From contig CBDFGR010000003.1 of NCBI GenBank assembly GCA_965247115.1, positions 1,600,001 through 1,664,000 of the forward strand: DNA of 64,000 bases, written 5' to 3'. Positions 1 to 8,089 of the stretch are shown here, in pieces. The DNA is from Myxococcota bacterium. Its GTDB lineage: Bacteria > Myxococcota_A > UBA9160 > SZUA-336. The notes below the pieces were generated by a model. It was not told where the DNA came from. It was given only the letters and a program-made list of their open reading frames with translations, and made no database searches. How positions within the stretch are numbered: position 1 is the first letter of the stretch; each line of letters opens with the position of its first letter. The position numbers and the translations under genes were made by a program.

Positions 1-864
1 GTCGAGCAGATCGAAGTACGCGCGCCAGTACTCGGGTGCGCGGCGGGTGCTGAACATTCCCCAGGTCACGGGTCTCCCGGTGTCTACGGCGAGGTCGCGC
101 AATCGTTCCAGGTAGTCGCGCAGTCGCTCCGGGTCCCGGCCAGTGTCCTCGCCGGCGATCTCGAAGATGCCGGCATTCATGTCGCCCATGACGCCGACGA
201 GGTCTCGCACTTCCTGCCAGCTGGCGATCCGACTCGCGACTGGACGTCCGTCCGGCGTCTGGTGGTTGCGTGTCCGCGAGGTCGTGAAACCTATCGCCCC
301 AGCCCGAATCGAGTCGCGAAGCTCGCGGCGCATCACCGCCATATCGTCTTCGGTCGCCGGCTCGTCGAACGCGCGCTCGCCCATCGCGTAGGTGCGCAGC
401 GCCGAGTGACCGACGTAGCCACTGTAGTTGATGCCCTTTGGCAGACGCTCGATCGCATCGAGGTACTCGGGGTAGGTCTCCCAGGTCCAGTCGATGCCGG
501 CCTCCATCGCCTCTGCCGAGATGTCTTCGGCTCGCTCGAGGTTGCGCACCACCAGGTGCTTCTCATTGGCCTTGCACGGCGCGAGCGTGAAGCCGCAGTT
601 CCCCATCACGACGCTGGTAATGCCGTGCCAGCAGGAGCAGGTGCCGAGCGGATCCCACGAGATCTGGGCGTCCATATGCGTGTGGCCATCGACGAAGCCC
701 GGTGCCACGACGAGCCCGGAAGCGTCAACGACCTCCTTGGCGGCGTCCCGAATGCGCCCGATATTCGCGATCTTGCCTCGCACCACCCCCACATCGGCGC
801 GGTAGCGGGGCAGCCCAGAGCCATCGATCACGGTCCCGTCGCGGATCACCAGATCGTACTGCAT
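1..864 (-). CDS. N-acyl-D-amino-acid deacylase / D-aminoacylase-like amidohydrolase (runs off window, 3' part missing)
   Basis: Not in ORF track because it is open to the edge. Manual translation MQYDLVIRDGTVIDGSGLPRYRADVGV...APGFVDGHTHMDAQISWDP...GITSVVMGNCGFTLAP contains the HxH metal motif and GNCG. SD-like GGAAGGAG lies upstream of the ATG at 864. Confidence 0.9.
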   Translation of the reverse strand, partial: MQYDLVIRDGTVIDGSGLPRYRADVGVVRGKIANIGRIRDAAKEVVDASGLVVAPGFVDGHTHMDAQISWDPLGTCSCWHGITSVVMGNCGFTLAPCKANEKHLVVRNLERAEDISAEAMEAGIDWTWETYPEYLDAIERLPKGINYSGYVGHSALRTYAMGERAFDEPATEDDMAVMRRELRDSIRAGAIGFTTSRTRNHQTPDGRPVASRIASWQEVRDLVGVMGDMNAGIFEIAGEDTGRDPERLRDYLERLRDLAVDTGRPVTWGMFSTRRAPEYWRAYFDLLD

Positions 865-917
865 GGTTTGCTCCTTCCTGCGCGATACTACTCCCGACCC
901 CACCCCCTGCCAAGCCA

Positions 918-1011
918 TGTGGGACCCGGCGCGCGAGCGGTCGCGCGCCACCCACCTCCGCTCAGGGCTTCGCCCTTCGCTGCGCGCGCCGCGTTCCGCG
1001 GCGCTTGCAGG
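918..1011. repeat. ~92-bp hairpin-rich intergenic repeat, copy A (REP/MITE-like)
   Basis: Near reverse complement of 1236-1327 and 3988-4086. Contains three internal stems: ggcgcgcga/tcgcgcgcc, agggc/gccct and gcgccgcg/cgcggcgc. Confidence 0.9.
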
Positions 1012-1041
1012 GAGGTCCCATGGAACGATGAAGGCAAGAAA

Positions 1042-1194
1042 CCGAACTTGGGGACGGTCCTTAATCCGAACTTATTCCGCGTGAGACGACCGCGACGTCT
1101 AGATGAACGAATGTGCCCGAGAGTCCCACCTCAATGACCAGAAGTTCCGACTCCAGCCAAACAAGTTCGGATTAAGGACCGTCCCCAAGTTCGG
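1042..1194. repeat. Perfect 32-bp inverted repeat pair with 89-bp spacer (REP-doublet/MITE-like)
   Basis: 1042-1073 ccgaacttggggacggtccttaatccgaactt is the exact reverse complement of 1163-1194 aagttcggattaaggaccgtccccaagttcgg. Confidence 0.95.
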
Positions 1195-1235
1195 ATTCCG
1201 AAGGAGAACCGGCAACCTCGTGCGGGGCTTGGCAA

Positions 1236-1327
1236 CCTGCAAGCGCTGCGGAACGCGGCGCGCGCAGCGAAGGGCGAAGCCCTGAGCGGAGGTGGGTGGC
1301 CGCGGCCGCCTGCGGCCGGGTCCCACA
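1236..1327. repeat. ~92-bp hairpin-rich repeat, copy B (inverted relative to A)
   Basis: cctgcaagcg...gaagggcgaagccctgagcggaggtgggtggc...ccgggtcccaca. Its end lies just outside the stop codon of the acyl-CoA dehydrogenase gene. Confidence 0.9.
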
Positions 1328-1331
1328 AGAT

Positions 1332-2480
1332 TTAGAGGCGTCCCCCGTCGAATTCCAGCCGACCCCGGGCGAGGTTCAGGCGCAGGAGGTCGCTTGCGCC
1401 CTCGGCCAGGCGCAGCGAGCGCACCTGGCGATAGAGCCGCTCCAGCGGATGGCCGTGCACCAGCGCCTCGCCACCCACAAGCTGCACGGCGGAGTCGATC
1501 GTTCGCCCGGCGGCCTCGGTGGCGAACACCTTGGTGGCCATCCCCTCGTTCCTCACGTCTTCGTCGGACTCCGCGAGGCGCGCGGTCCGGTACAGCACGC
1601 TGCGCGCCGCAAACGTGTCGATACGCATATCGGCGTAGCGAAGCTTCACCCCTTCGCGCTTGCCGAGAGGCGTGCCGCTCCGATGCGGCGCCAGCAGGTG
1701 TTCGGTGACGAAGTCCACCGCCCACATGGCCATGCCGCAGGCCTGCGCCGCCACGGCGAGGCGCACGTTGCCGATGTTCCCGAGCGCGCGGGGCATCCCC
1801 TCACCAATCCGGCCGATCACATGGCTCTGCGGGACGCGAAGCTCGTGGAAGGCCAGCGAGACGTGGCCGCTCCCGTCGAGAGAACGGAACTCGCGCTCGA
1901 CCTCGAGCCCTGGCGAGTTGCGGTCGATCACGACCATGGCGGTACCGCCGGGAGTGGAGTCGGAGCCCTCGACGTTCACCAGCGCCGAAATGAAGTCGGC
2001 GCTCGCCCCGCCGGTCACGTAGGCCTTGCGCCCCGTGACCACCAGATCGTCGCCGTCGCGCTTCGCCCAGGTCGGCCTTGGGGCGTCGGCGGGCTCGGTG
2101 AAGGCGAAGGCACCCACCTTCTCCCCTCGGAGCACGGGCTCCAGATAGCGCTCGTTCAGCACACCCTCGGCTGCTGCGAGCACTCCCGGACCGGGTCCAA
2201 GTGCAAAGCGCGTGAGCCGCAGGTTCGAGGCGGCCAGGGTCTCGCGGACGATCGCCAGGGACAGCGGACCGGCGCCCGATCCGCCAAAAGACTCCGGCTG
2301 CGTCAAGCCAAAGATGCCGAGCTCGCGGGACCGCTCGCGCACTCGTTTCCTCGCCTCCTCGGGTAGCGGGGCCTCCGGATCCTCCTCCAGGCGCTCCTCG
2401 AGCGGGCGCAGGTCGTCGTCGATGAACGCCTGGACCTGCTCGCGCAGCGCGTGCTGCTCCCGCGTCAGAGCTTCGGGCAT
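1332..2480 (-). CDS. Acyl-CoA dehydrogenase family protein
   Basis: GIFGLTQPESFGGSG, GAFAFTEP, VTGRKAYVTGG, ATKVFATE, LRLAEGASD. Start trimmed to MPEALTREQ (ATG 2480, GGAG SD). Confidence 0.93.
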   Translation of the reverse strand: MPEALTREQHALREQVQAFIDDDLRPLEERLEEDPEAPLPEEARKRVRERSRELGIFGLTQPESFGGSGAGPLSLAIVRETLAASNLRLTRFALGPGPGVLAAAEGVLNERYLEPVLRGEKVGAFAFTEPADAPRPTWAKRDGDDLVVTGRKAYVTGGASADFISALVNVEGSDSTPGGTAMVVIDRNSPGLEVEREFRSLDGSGHVSLAFHELRVPQSHVIGRIGEGMPRALGNIGNVRLAVAAQACGMAMWAVDFVTEHLLAPHRSGTPLGKREGVKLRYADMRIDTFAARSVLYRTARLAESDEDVRNEGMATKVFATEAAGRTIDSAVQLVGGEALVHGHPLERLYRQVRSLRLAEGASDLLRLNLARGRLEFDGGRL

Positions 2481-2531
2481 GCCGGCTCCTCCAGGGGGCA
2501 GGGTACACTCCTGCGCTGAGGAGGAGCAGAG

Positions 2532-3341
2532 ATGAGCGACGATCGCGTCGTACAGATCGAGTCGGACGCAGACTCGGAGATCCGCGATTGGCCCGCACTC
2601 GTCGAGCAGCTGAACCGCGTGCTCAGACTGAGGACGACTCCAATCGGCATGAAGCTGTTCGAGACTGTGGAGGAGATGGAGGCGATTCCCAGGATCCGGC
2701 GTCCGCGGGCAATCCACACGACGGATCAGATCGTCGCCCAGGCGGCCCGGCTCGGCTGGACCGTGGGGATCACGGTCGAGGATCTCGTCGGCGCACAGTG
2801 CGGGGCAGTGATCGGCCTGCACCCGCAGGACGACGAGTGGCTCTCCGGCAAGCAAATGGCCGGGGTCTGGTACGAGACGGTCGGCGACGCCTCCGCGCAC
2901 CAGCACGCGATGGACGTGGTTCCACACGGCCGCTACCGCGCCATGGCGGTCTCCCCGCTAGCCAGCGGCCGCCTCGATCCCCCGGACGTCTGTCTGATCT
3001 ACGCCACCCCCGGCCAGATGATCATGCTGATCAGCGGACTCCAGTGGTCCGGCTACAAGAAGCTGGAGTGGAGCTGCGTCGGGGAGTCCGCCTGCGCGGA
3101 CTCCTGGGGCCGCGCGCTGGCGACCCGTGAGCCGAGCGTGTCGATTCCTTGCTTCGCCGAGCGGCGCTACGGAGGCGTGCTCGACGACGAGCTGCTCCTG
3201 GCCACGCCGCCGGAGATTCTGCCAAAGGCCATCGCTGGGATGGAGCGCTTGTCAGCCAACGGTCTGCGCTACCCCATTCCCCAGTACGGGGTACAGAGCG
3301 ATGCCCGCGCGGGCATGGGTGCGAGCTACGAATCTCGCTGA
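2532..3341 (+). CDS. DUF169 domain-containing protein (uncharacterised, Cys-rich)
   Basis: L(R)TTPIGMKL, C-GAVIGL, PPDVCLIYATPGQM, ESACAD, SIPCFAERRYGG...DELL pattern. GAGGAGGAG SD. Confidence 0.8.
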   Translation: MSDDRVVQIESDADSEIRDWPALVEQLNRVLRLRTTPIGMKLFETVEEMEAIPRIRRPRAIHTTDQIVAQAARLGWTVGITVEDLVGAQCGAVIGLHPQDDEWLSGKQMAGVWYETVGDASAHQHAMDVVPHGRYRAMAVSPLASGRLDPPDVCLIYATPGQMIMLISGLQWSGYKKLEWSCVGESACADSWGRALATREPSVSIPCFAERRYGGVLDDELLLATPPEILPKAIAGMERLSANGLRYPIPQYGVQSDARAGMGASYESR

Positions 3342-3358
3342 GGGGGCCTAGAGTTTTC

Positions 3359-3967
3359 ATGGAGACACCTTTGGAGCTCGTGCGTCGTCTCCGGAAGGTC
3401 TCAAAGCCGCTTCGGGATCAGCTAAGAAGACGCGCGAGCCCCACGCAGGTCCAGCGTACGGTGCGCCTTGCGCCCGGTGACTGGCAGCCCAAGCGTCGCA
3501 GGTGGCACGTGCTCGTCGATCTCGTGACGGAGCACTGTCCGGACTTTGGCGTCTTGGTGGCGGAGGTGGGAACTCATACTGGTTACACGGCGGCCCACCT
3601 GCTCAAGTACTGCCCGCAGATCGAGAAGCTCTACGCGATCGATCTCGAGCGCGCCGACCCTAGCGTCGATCTGCTCGCGGACCTGGATCGTTCGGAGCTG
3701 ATCCTGGGCCATTCCGATGAGTGTGCCAAGATGTTTGACGACGAAACGTTCCATTTGGTCTTCATCGACGCGGATCACTCCGAGGACGCGATCCTCAACG
3801 ATCTGCGCGCCTGGATTCCGAAAGTGAAGCGTGGAGGTCTCATCACCGGTCACGACTACGGCTCGTACAATCACACGGGCGTCAAGGCCGCAGTCGACTC
3901 CTACTTCGCCGGTCACTCCCATCCCGTTCGCCTCGAAGCGAACAAAGTGTGGTGGACCCTCAAGTAG
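3359..3967 (+). CDS. Class I SAM-dependent methyltransferase (Methyltransf_24-like)
   Basis: AEVGTHTGYT, LVFIDADHS, VKRGGLITGHDY. Start trimmed to METPLE. Confidence 0.85.
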   Translation: METPLELVRRLRKVSKPLRDQLRRRASPTQVQRTVRLAPGDWQPKRRRWHVLVDLVTEHCPDFGVLVAEVGTHTGYTAAHLLKYCPQIEKLYAIDLERADPSVDLLADLDRSELILGHSDECAKMFDDETFHLVFIDADHSEDAILNDLRAWIPKVKRGGLITGHDYGSYNHTGVKAAVDSYFAGHSHPVRLEANKVWWTLK

Positions 3968-3987
3968 CCACGCCGTCGGCACGGCAC

Positions 3988-4107
3988 CCTGCAAGCGCCG
4001 CGGAACGCGGCGCGCGCAGCGAAGGGCAAGGCCCTGAGCGGAGGTGGGTGGCGCGCGACTGCTCGCGCGCCGGGTCCCACAAGACTTGCGCCGGGTCCCA
4101 CAAGACT
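3988..4107. repeat. ~92-bp hairpin-rich repeat, copy C, with a 20-bp tandem duplication of its end
   Basis: Same orientation as copy B. gcgccgggtcccacaagact occurs at 4067-4086 and again at 4088-4107. Lies between convergent genes. Confidence 0.9.
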
Positions 4108-4673
4108 CACCACTCCTGCGTGGTGTAGCGAAGGCACTCGATCGAGCGCGACCAGGGATCCAGTGCAAAGCCGGCCTTGCTCTCGAGCTCGCGCAGGAAG
4201 TCGCGCGGGTCTGGTAGCGACTCCCAGACCGAAGGCAGGAAGGTGCCCCGGAGCGTCCCGTGTCGTAGCAGCAGGCCATCCAGCTTTGGTCGGAGCGATG
4301 CGATCAGCTCGTCCCTCGAGCCCACGGGCACGATCTCGAGTGGGCTCAGCACGGAGATGTGGATGTCGAGCTCTTGAAACTCCTCCGCGCGCAACGGGGG
4401 AAAGCGCGGATCGCCGAAGGCCGCACCGTGAGCGCTTCGGGCTACGTCCTCCACGAGGGCCCGGTCGGCCTCGAGTGCGCCGATGCAGCCACGCAGCTCT
4501 CCCCGCTTGTTCAACGTGACGAAGCTGGCGCGCCGTTCCTGCAGGGCCGGCGAGTGAGCGGATGGATCGACGCGAGGCTCCTCTCCGTGAAGTCCGCCGT
4601 CGATCGAGCTGCGGGCCACGCCCGTCAGGACGCTGCGGTCTGTCAGGTCGAGCGTGCGCTCAGCCGAAGGCAT
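4107..4673 (-). CDS. amrA: AmmeMemoRadiSam system protein A (AMMECR1 domain)
   Basis: ASFVTL..GELRGCIG, AAFGDPRFPPL, ISVLSP, GTFLPSVWE. Confidence 0.95.
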   Translation of the reverse strand: MPSAERTLDLTDRSVLTGVARSSIDGGLHGEEPRVDPSAHSPALQERRASFVTLNKRGELRGCIGALEADRALVEDVARSAHGAAFGDPRFPPLRAEEFQELDIHISVLSPLEIVPVGSRDELIASLRPKLDGLLLRHGTLRGTFLPSVWESLPDPRDFLRELESKAGFALDPWSRSIECLRYTTQEW

Positions 4674-5451
4674 AGGCCCCGTAGCCCACGACCTGGTCGC
4701 GGGGTCCGGCGGTGTCCCCCGAATTCCTGACGTCGAGGGTTCGCACCGAGAGGCCGTGTCGCTTGGCTATGACCAGGAGTCCGCGGATGGGTATGCGCCC
4801 GCAGGCCGACTCCCTTCCGAGTCCTTCCGGGTCGAGCGCCTCGATCGCATCCGTCGTTGCGGCGTCTAGCTCGCGTGCACTCTCGTAGTCGTAGTAGTGG
4901 CTCAGATCGGAGCTGATCACGATCAGGGTTTCCGGGCCCCCCCAGACAGCGTCGAGCACGTCGGCCATCTCTTCGGGAGTCGCGTCGCCCGCGACGAGTG
5001 GCACGATCGACATCGTTCCGAGCATGCGCTGGAGGAAGGGCAGGTGAACCTCCAGGCTGTGCTCGAGGTCGTGCGCCTCGTCGAGCCTGTGGACCTGCGG
5101 AAAGCGCAGAACATCTTCCACTGCCTCGAGGTTGATCGGTACGTCGCCGAGCGGGGTGCGGAAGGCCTCCGCACCCAGTGTTGCGAGGCCGCTCAGCGCG
5201 ATGCGGTGAGCGGGACCGATCAGCACAACCCGCTCGATCTTGCCGCGCAGCTCGCCGATCTGGGCATAGGCGGAGCCCGCCACAGGACCCGAGTACATGT
5301 AGCCGGCATGCGGTGCGATCAGGGCCTTGGGTACGGGTTCTCCGGGGTCGGCGGCCGTCTCTCTGACGTAGGCGTCCACGGCCGCGCCGAGCTCGGCGGG
5401 GTCGCTCGGGTAGAACGTCCCGGCGACAGCGGGAGAGCGGACGAGGGTCAA
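4660..5451 (-). CDS. amrB: AmmeMemoRadiSam system protein B (MEMO1 family)
   Basis: RSPAVAGTFYP, PHAGYMYSG, EHSLEVHLPFLQ, ISSDLSHY, NSGDTAG..VVGY. Confidence 0.95.
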   Translation of the reverse strand: MTLVRSPAVAGTFYPSDPAELGAAVDAYVRETAADPGEPVPKALIAPHAGYMYSGPVAGSAYAQIGELRGKIERVVLIGPAHRIALSGLATLGAEAFRTPLGDVPINLEAVEDVLRFPQVHRLDEAHDLEHSLEVHLPFLQRMLGTMSIVPLVAGDATPEEMADVLDAVWGGPETLIVISSDLSHYYDYESARELDAATTDAIEALDPEGLGRESACGRIPIRGLLVIAKRHGLSVRTLDVRNSGDTAGPRDQVVGYGAYAFG

Positions 5452-5548
5452 GGCGAGGCCTCCCTGCCTGAGCTAAACGTTACACCCTCGGGTGGAGAAT
5501 TGTGCATCCGAGCTCCACCGGGCTCATCGACCGTTTGGAGCCTCCGAC

Positions 5549-6676
5549 ATGAGTAGCGATCTTTCCTCAGAAGCCGTCCGTCAGACCAGCTACTGGCAGG
5601 TTCTGGCAGACGGCCGTGTCCAATGTGACGTCTGCCCGCGCGCCTGTCGCCTCGCCGAGGGTCAGCGCGGCCTGTGCTTCGTGCGGGGCAGGCTGGGCAA
5701 CGAGATCGTGCTCACCACGTTCGGGCGCTCCAGCGGATACTGCGCCGACCCGATCGAGAAAAAGCCGCTGAATCACTTTCTGCCGGGAACTCCTGTGCTG
5801 TCGTTTGGGACGGCCGGCTGCAACCTCTCGTGCCGTTTCTGCCAGAACTGGGACATCAGCAAGTCCCGCGACCTGGACACCCTCGCGGACGAGGCTCCGC
5901 CAGAGCGGATTGCCTACGCGGCCCGCGAGCTCGGCTGCTCGAGCGTGGCGTTCACGTACAACGACCCGGTGATCTTCCTGGAGTATGCCATCGAGACGGC
6001 GCAGGCTTGCCGCGAGCTCGGGGTGCGCTCCGTGGCTGTCACGGCCGGCTACGTGAGCCCGGAGCCTCGCGCCGAGCTCTTCCGACACATGGATGCGGCG
6101 AACGTCGACCTCAAGGCGTTCACGCAGTCGTTCTACAAGAAGGTCTGCAGCGGCGACCTGGCGCCCGTGCTCGAGACGCTCGTCTACCTGAAACGCGAGA
6201 CGGATGTCTGGCTCGAGCTGACGACGCTGCTCATCCCTGACGAGAACGACTCGGACGAAGAGCTGCATCGGGCGAGTCAGTGGGTAGCCGAGGAGCTCGG
6301 GCCGGACGTGCCCTGGCACTTCACGGCCTTTCATCCCGACTACCGGATGCTCGACAAGGCACGGACGCCTCCCGCGACTCTGAGCCGGGCCAGGGAGATC
6401 GCTCTCGGCTACGGGCTCCGCTACGTCTACACCGGAAACGTGCACGACGAGCAGGGAGCGAGCACCTACTGCCACGCCTGCGGCGAGACGCTGATCGGGC
6501 GTGATTGGTACGTCCTCACCGCCTGGAACCTGGACGCGAACGGCCGCTGCTCCGCCTGCGGCGCGGAGTGCGCAGGCGTCTTTGCGGACGGCCCAGGAAC
6601 CTGGGGGGCACGGCGCCAGCCCGTGCGCCTCTCCGACTTCGACGGTTCACCGATGCGCTCGGGCGAGGAGGAGTGA
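5549..6676 (+). CDS. amrS: AmmeMemoRadiSam system radical SAM enzyme
   Basis: CDVCPRAC...GLCFVR, DPIEKKPLNHF, GCNLSCRFCQNW (CxxxCxxC), AFTYNDP, YVYTGNV. Start set at MSSDLS. Confidence 0.95.
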   Translation: MSSDLSSEAVRQTSYWQVLADGRVQCDVCPRACRLAEGQRGLCFVRGRLGNEIVLTTFGRSSGYCADPIEKKPLNHFLPGTPVLSFGTAGCNLSCRFCQNWDISKSRDLDTLADEAPPERIAYAARELGCSSVAFTYNDPVIFLEYAIETAQACRELGVRSVAVTAGYVSPEPRAELFRHMDAANVDLKAFTQSFYKKVCSGDLAPVLETLVYLKRETDVWLELTTLLIPDENDSDEELHRASQWVAEELGPDVPWHFTAFHPDYRMLDKARTPPATLSRAREIALGYGLRYVYTGNVHDEQGASTYCHACGETLIGRDWYVLTAWNLDANGRCSACGAECAGVFADGPGTWGARRQPVRLSDFDGSPMRSGEEE

Positions 6677-7194
6677 TGGAAGCGTACCGTGCGATCGTTA
6701 CGAAGCAGGACACTCGTGCCTATACGTCGAAGTCGATTCCCGAGAAGCTGCTGCAGCGCATTCTGCAGGCGGGTCGAATGGCCGGGAGCGCGAAGAACCT
6801 TCAGACGGTGCGACTCATCGTGGTGCGGGAAGCGGAGCAGAAGGCCGCGCTGGCCGCCTGCGGCAAGTTCACTGCGCACGTTCCGGCCTGTCAGGTCGCG
6901 GTCGCCGTCGTTTTGCTCCCAGAGCAGGACAGTGGGGCTTTCGCGATCTACCGGGGTCCCTTCGACGCCGGCCGGGCCGCGCAGAACATCATGGTCGCGG
7001 CCTGGGCAGAAGGTGTGGCCAGCTGTCCCGCCTCGCTTCATGATTTCGTTGCGGCCAGGAAGGTCCTAGGCTTACCCGACGGTCATGTCGTCGCGAACGT
7101 GATCGCGCTCGGCTACCCGGACGAGAGCGGCGAAGCTCGCGAATCGCAACCGCGACTGTCGCAGGACGAGATCGTTCGCTGGGAGCGCTGGTAG
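6676..7194 (+). CDS. Nitroreductase family protein
   Basis: TRAYTSKSIP, AGRMAGSAKNLQ, DAGRAAQNIMVAAWAEGVASC, IALGYP. ATG overlaps the amrS TGA (TGATG). Confidence 0.88.
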   Translation: MEAYRAIVTKQDTRAYTSKSIPEKLLQRILQAGRMAGSAKNLQTVRLIVVREAEQKAALAACGKFTAHVPACQVAVAVVLLPEQDSGAFAIYRGPFDAGRAAQNIMVAAWAEGVASCPASLHDFVAARKVLGLPDGHVVANVIALGYPDESGEARESQPRLSQDEIVRWERW

Positions 7195-7203
7195 GGACGC
7201 GGC

Positions 7204-7986
7204 TCACTCCGGAGCGGGGATGCGGAAGGGGAGATCCCGGACCCGGTCTCCGCTCTCCACACGCTCGACGACAAAGCGGGTCTGCGTCTGGTCGAGCAGA
7301 TCCCGCATCAAGAGCTCGTGGGCGATCCAGACAGAGCCGACCTTCTTCACGCGGCCCGGCGGTACGGTGAGTACCTTCCTCAGCTGCTCGGGGCGCTCGT
7401 AGAGCTCGGCCCTGAGCACGACGCAGGTGTCCTTGTCGACGTGGGATACGACCAGGGTATAGCTCGAGTCTTCGGTCTTGTCGGGGCGGGTCTCGATCAC
7501 GTAGGTGGGTCGACCCTCGCGTTGCCCATCTTGGAGGCGCTGAGAGCGCCCAGGCCTGTTCATCCCGTAGAGACGTGCAAAGTCCTCGGACGAGAAGTCG
7601 GTGCCGAAAAGGCGGGAGCTGCCGCGCGCCGCGTTGAGCCGCTTCAGATCCAGCGTTCCGGCAAGCGCGACAAACATCTGTGTGAGGCCGTCGCGTTCCG
7701 CAAGGAGGAGCCGCGACCCGCTCAGATCAGAGGGATAGATGAGCTGCACGTAGAGCGCGCGCACCCTGTCGGGCGCGTTTCCGCTGTAGAAGGTCGCCCG
7801 CCGCACGAGCTCGTTGCCCAGGCGATCCGTCGAGGTGAGCTCGACCGTCTGCAGGACGTTCTCCGAGGGCCGGTTGTCACGCGCGCAGAGGGCGATCTGG
7901 TCTGCGTCGGCCAGCTCTCGAGCCGCGAGCGCAAGGGGCCAGCTCGAGAGCACTGCAAGCACGAGCGCCAGTCCCGGCAGCGCCAT
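7204..7986 (-). CDS. Outer-membrane lipoprotein-sorting (LolA-like) protein
   Basis: Signal peptide, P.DL.G..LL, LFGTDFSSEDF, SSY..VVSHVDK...RAELYE...LRKV. Confidence 0.75.
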   Translation of the reverse strand: MALPGLALVLAVLSSWPLALAARELADADQIALCARDNRPSENVLQTVELTSTDRLGNELVRRATFYSGNAPDRVRALYVQLIYPSDLSGSRLLLAERDGLTQMFVALAGTLDLKRLNAARGSSRLFGTDFSSEDFARLYGMNRPGRSQRLQDGQREGRPTYVIETRPDKTEDSSYTLVVSHVDKDTCVVLRAELYERPEQLRKVLTVPPGRVKKVGSVWIAHELLMRDLLDQTQTRFVVERVESGDRVRDLPFRIPAPE

Positions 7987-8089
7987 CGGTTTCTCCCTTG
8001 TGTCGGATCACGCAGGTGCTCCGGAACGCAGGGCCGGGAGCGGACCGCAGCCTAGACGCGGCGGATCGATCGGTCAAGAATTGGCGCGA

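Noticed and set aside
918..1327. CRISPR array or integron attC sites
   Set aside because: The repeats are inverted rather than direct, there is no regular repeat-spacer period, no cas or intI gene is present, and no RYYYAAC/GTTRRRY cores were seen.
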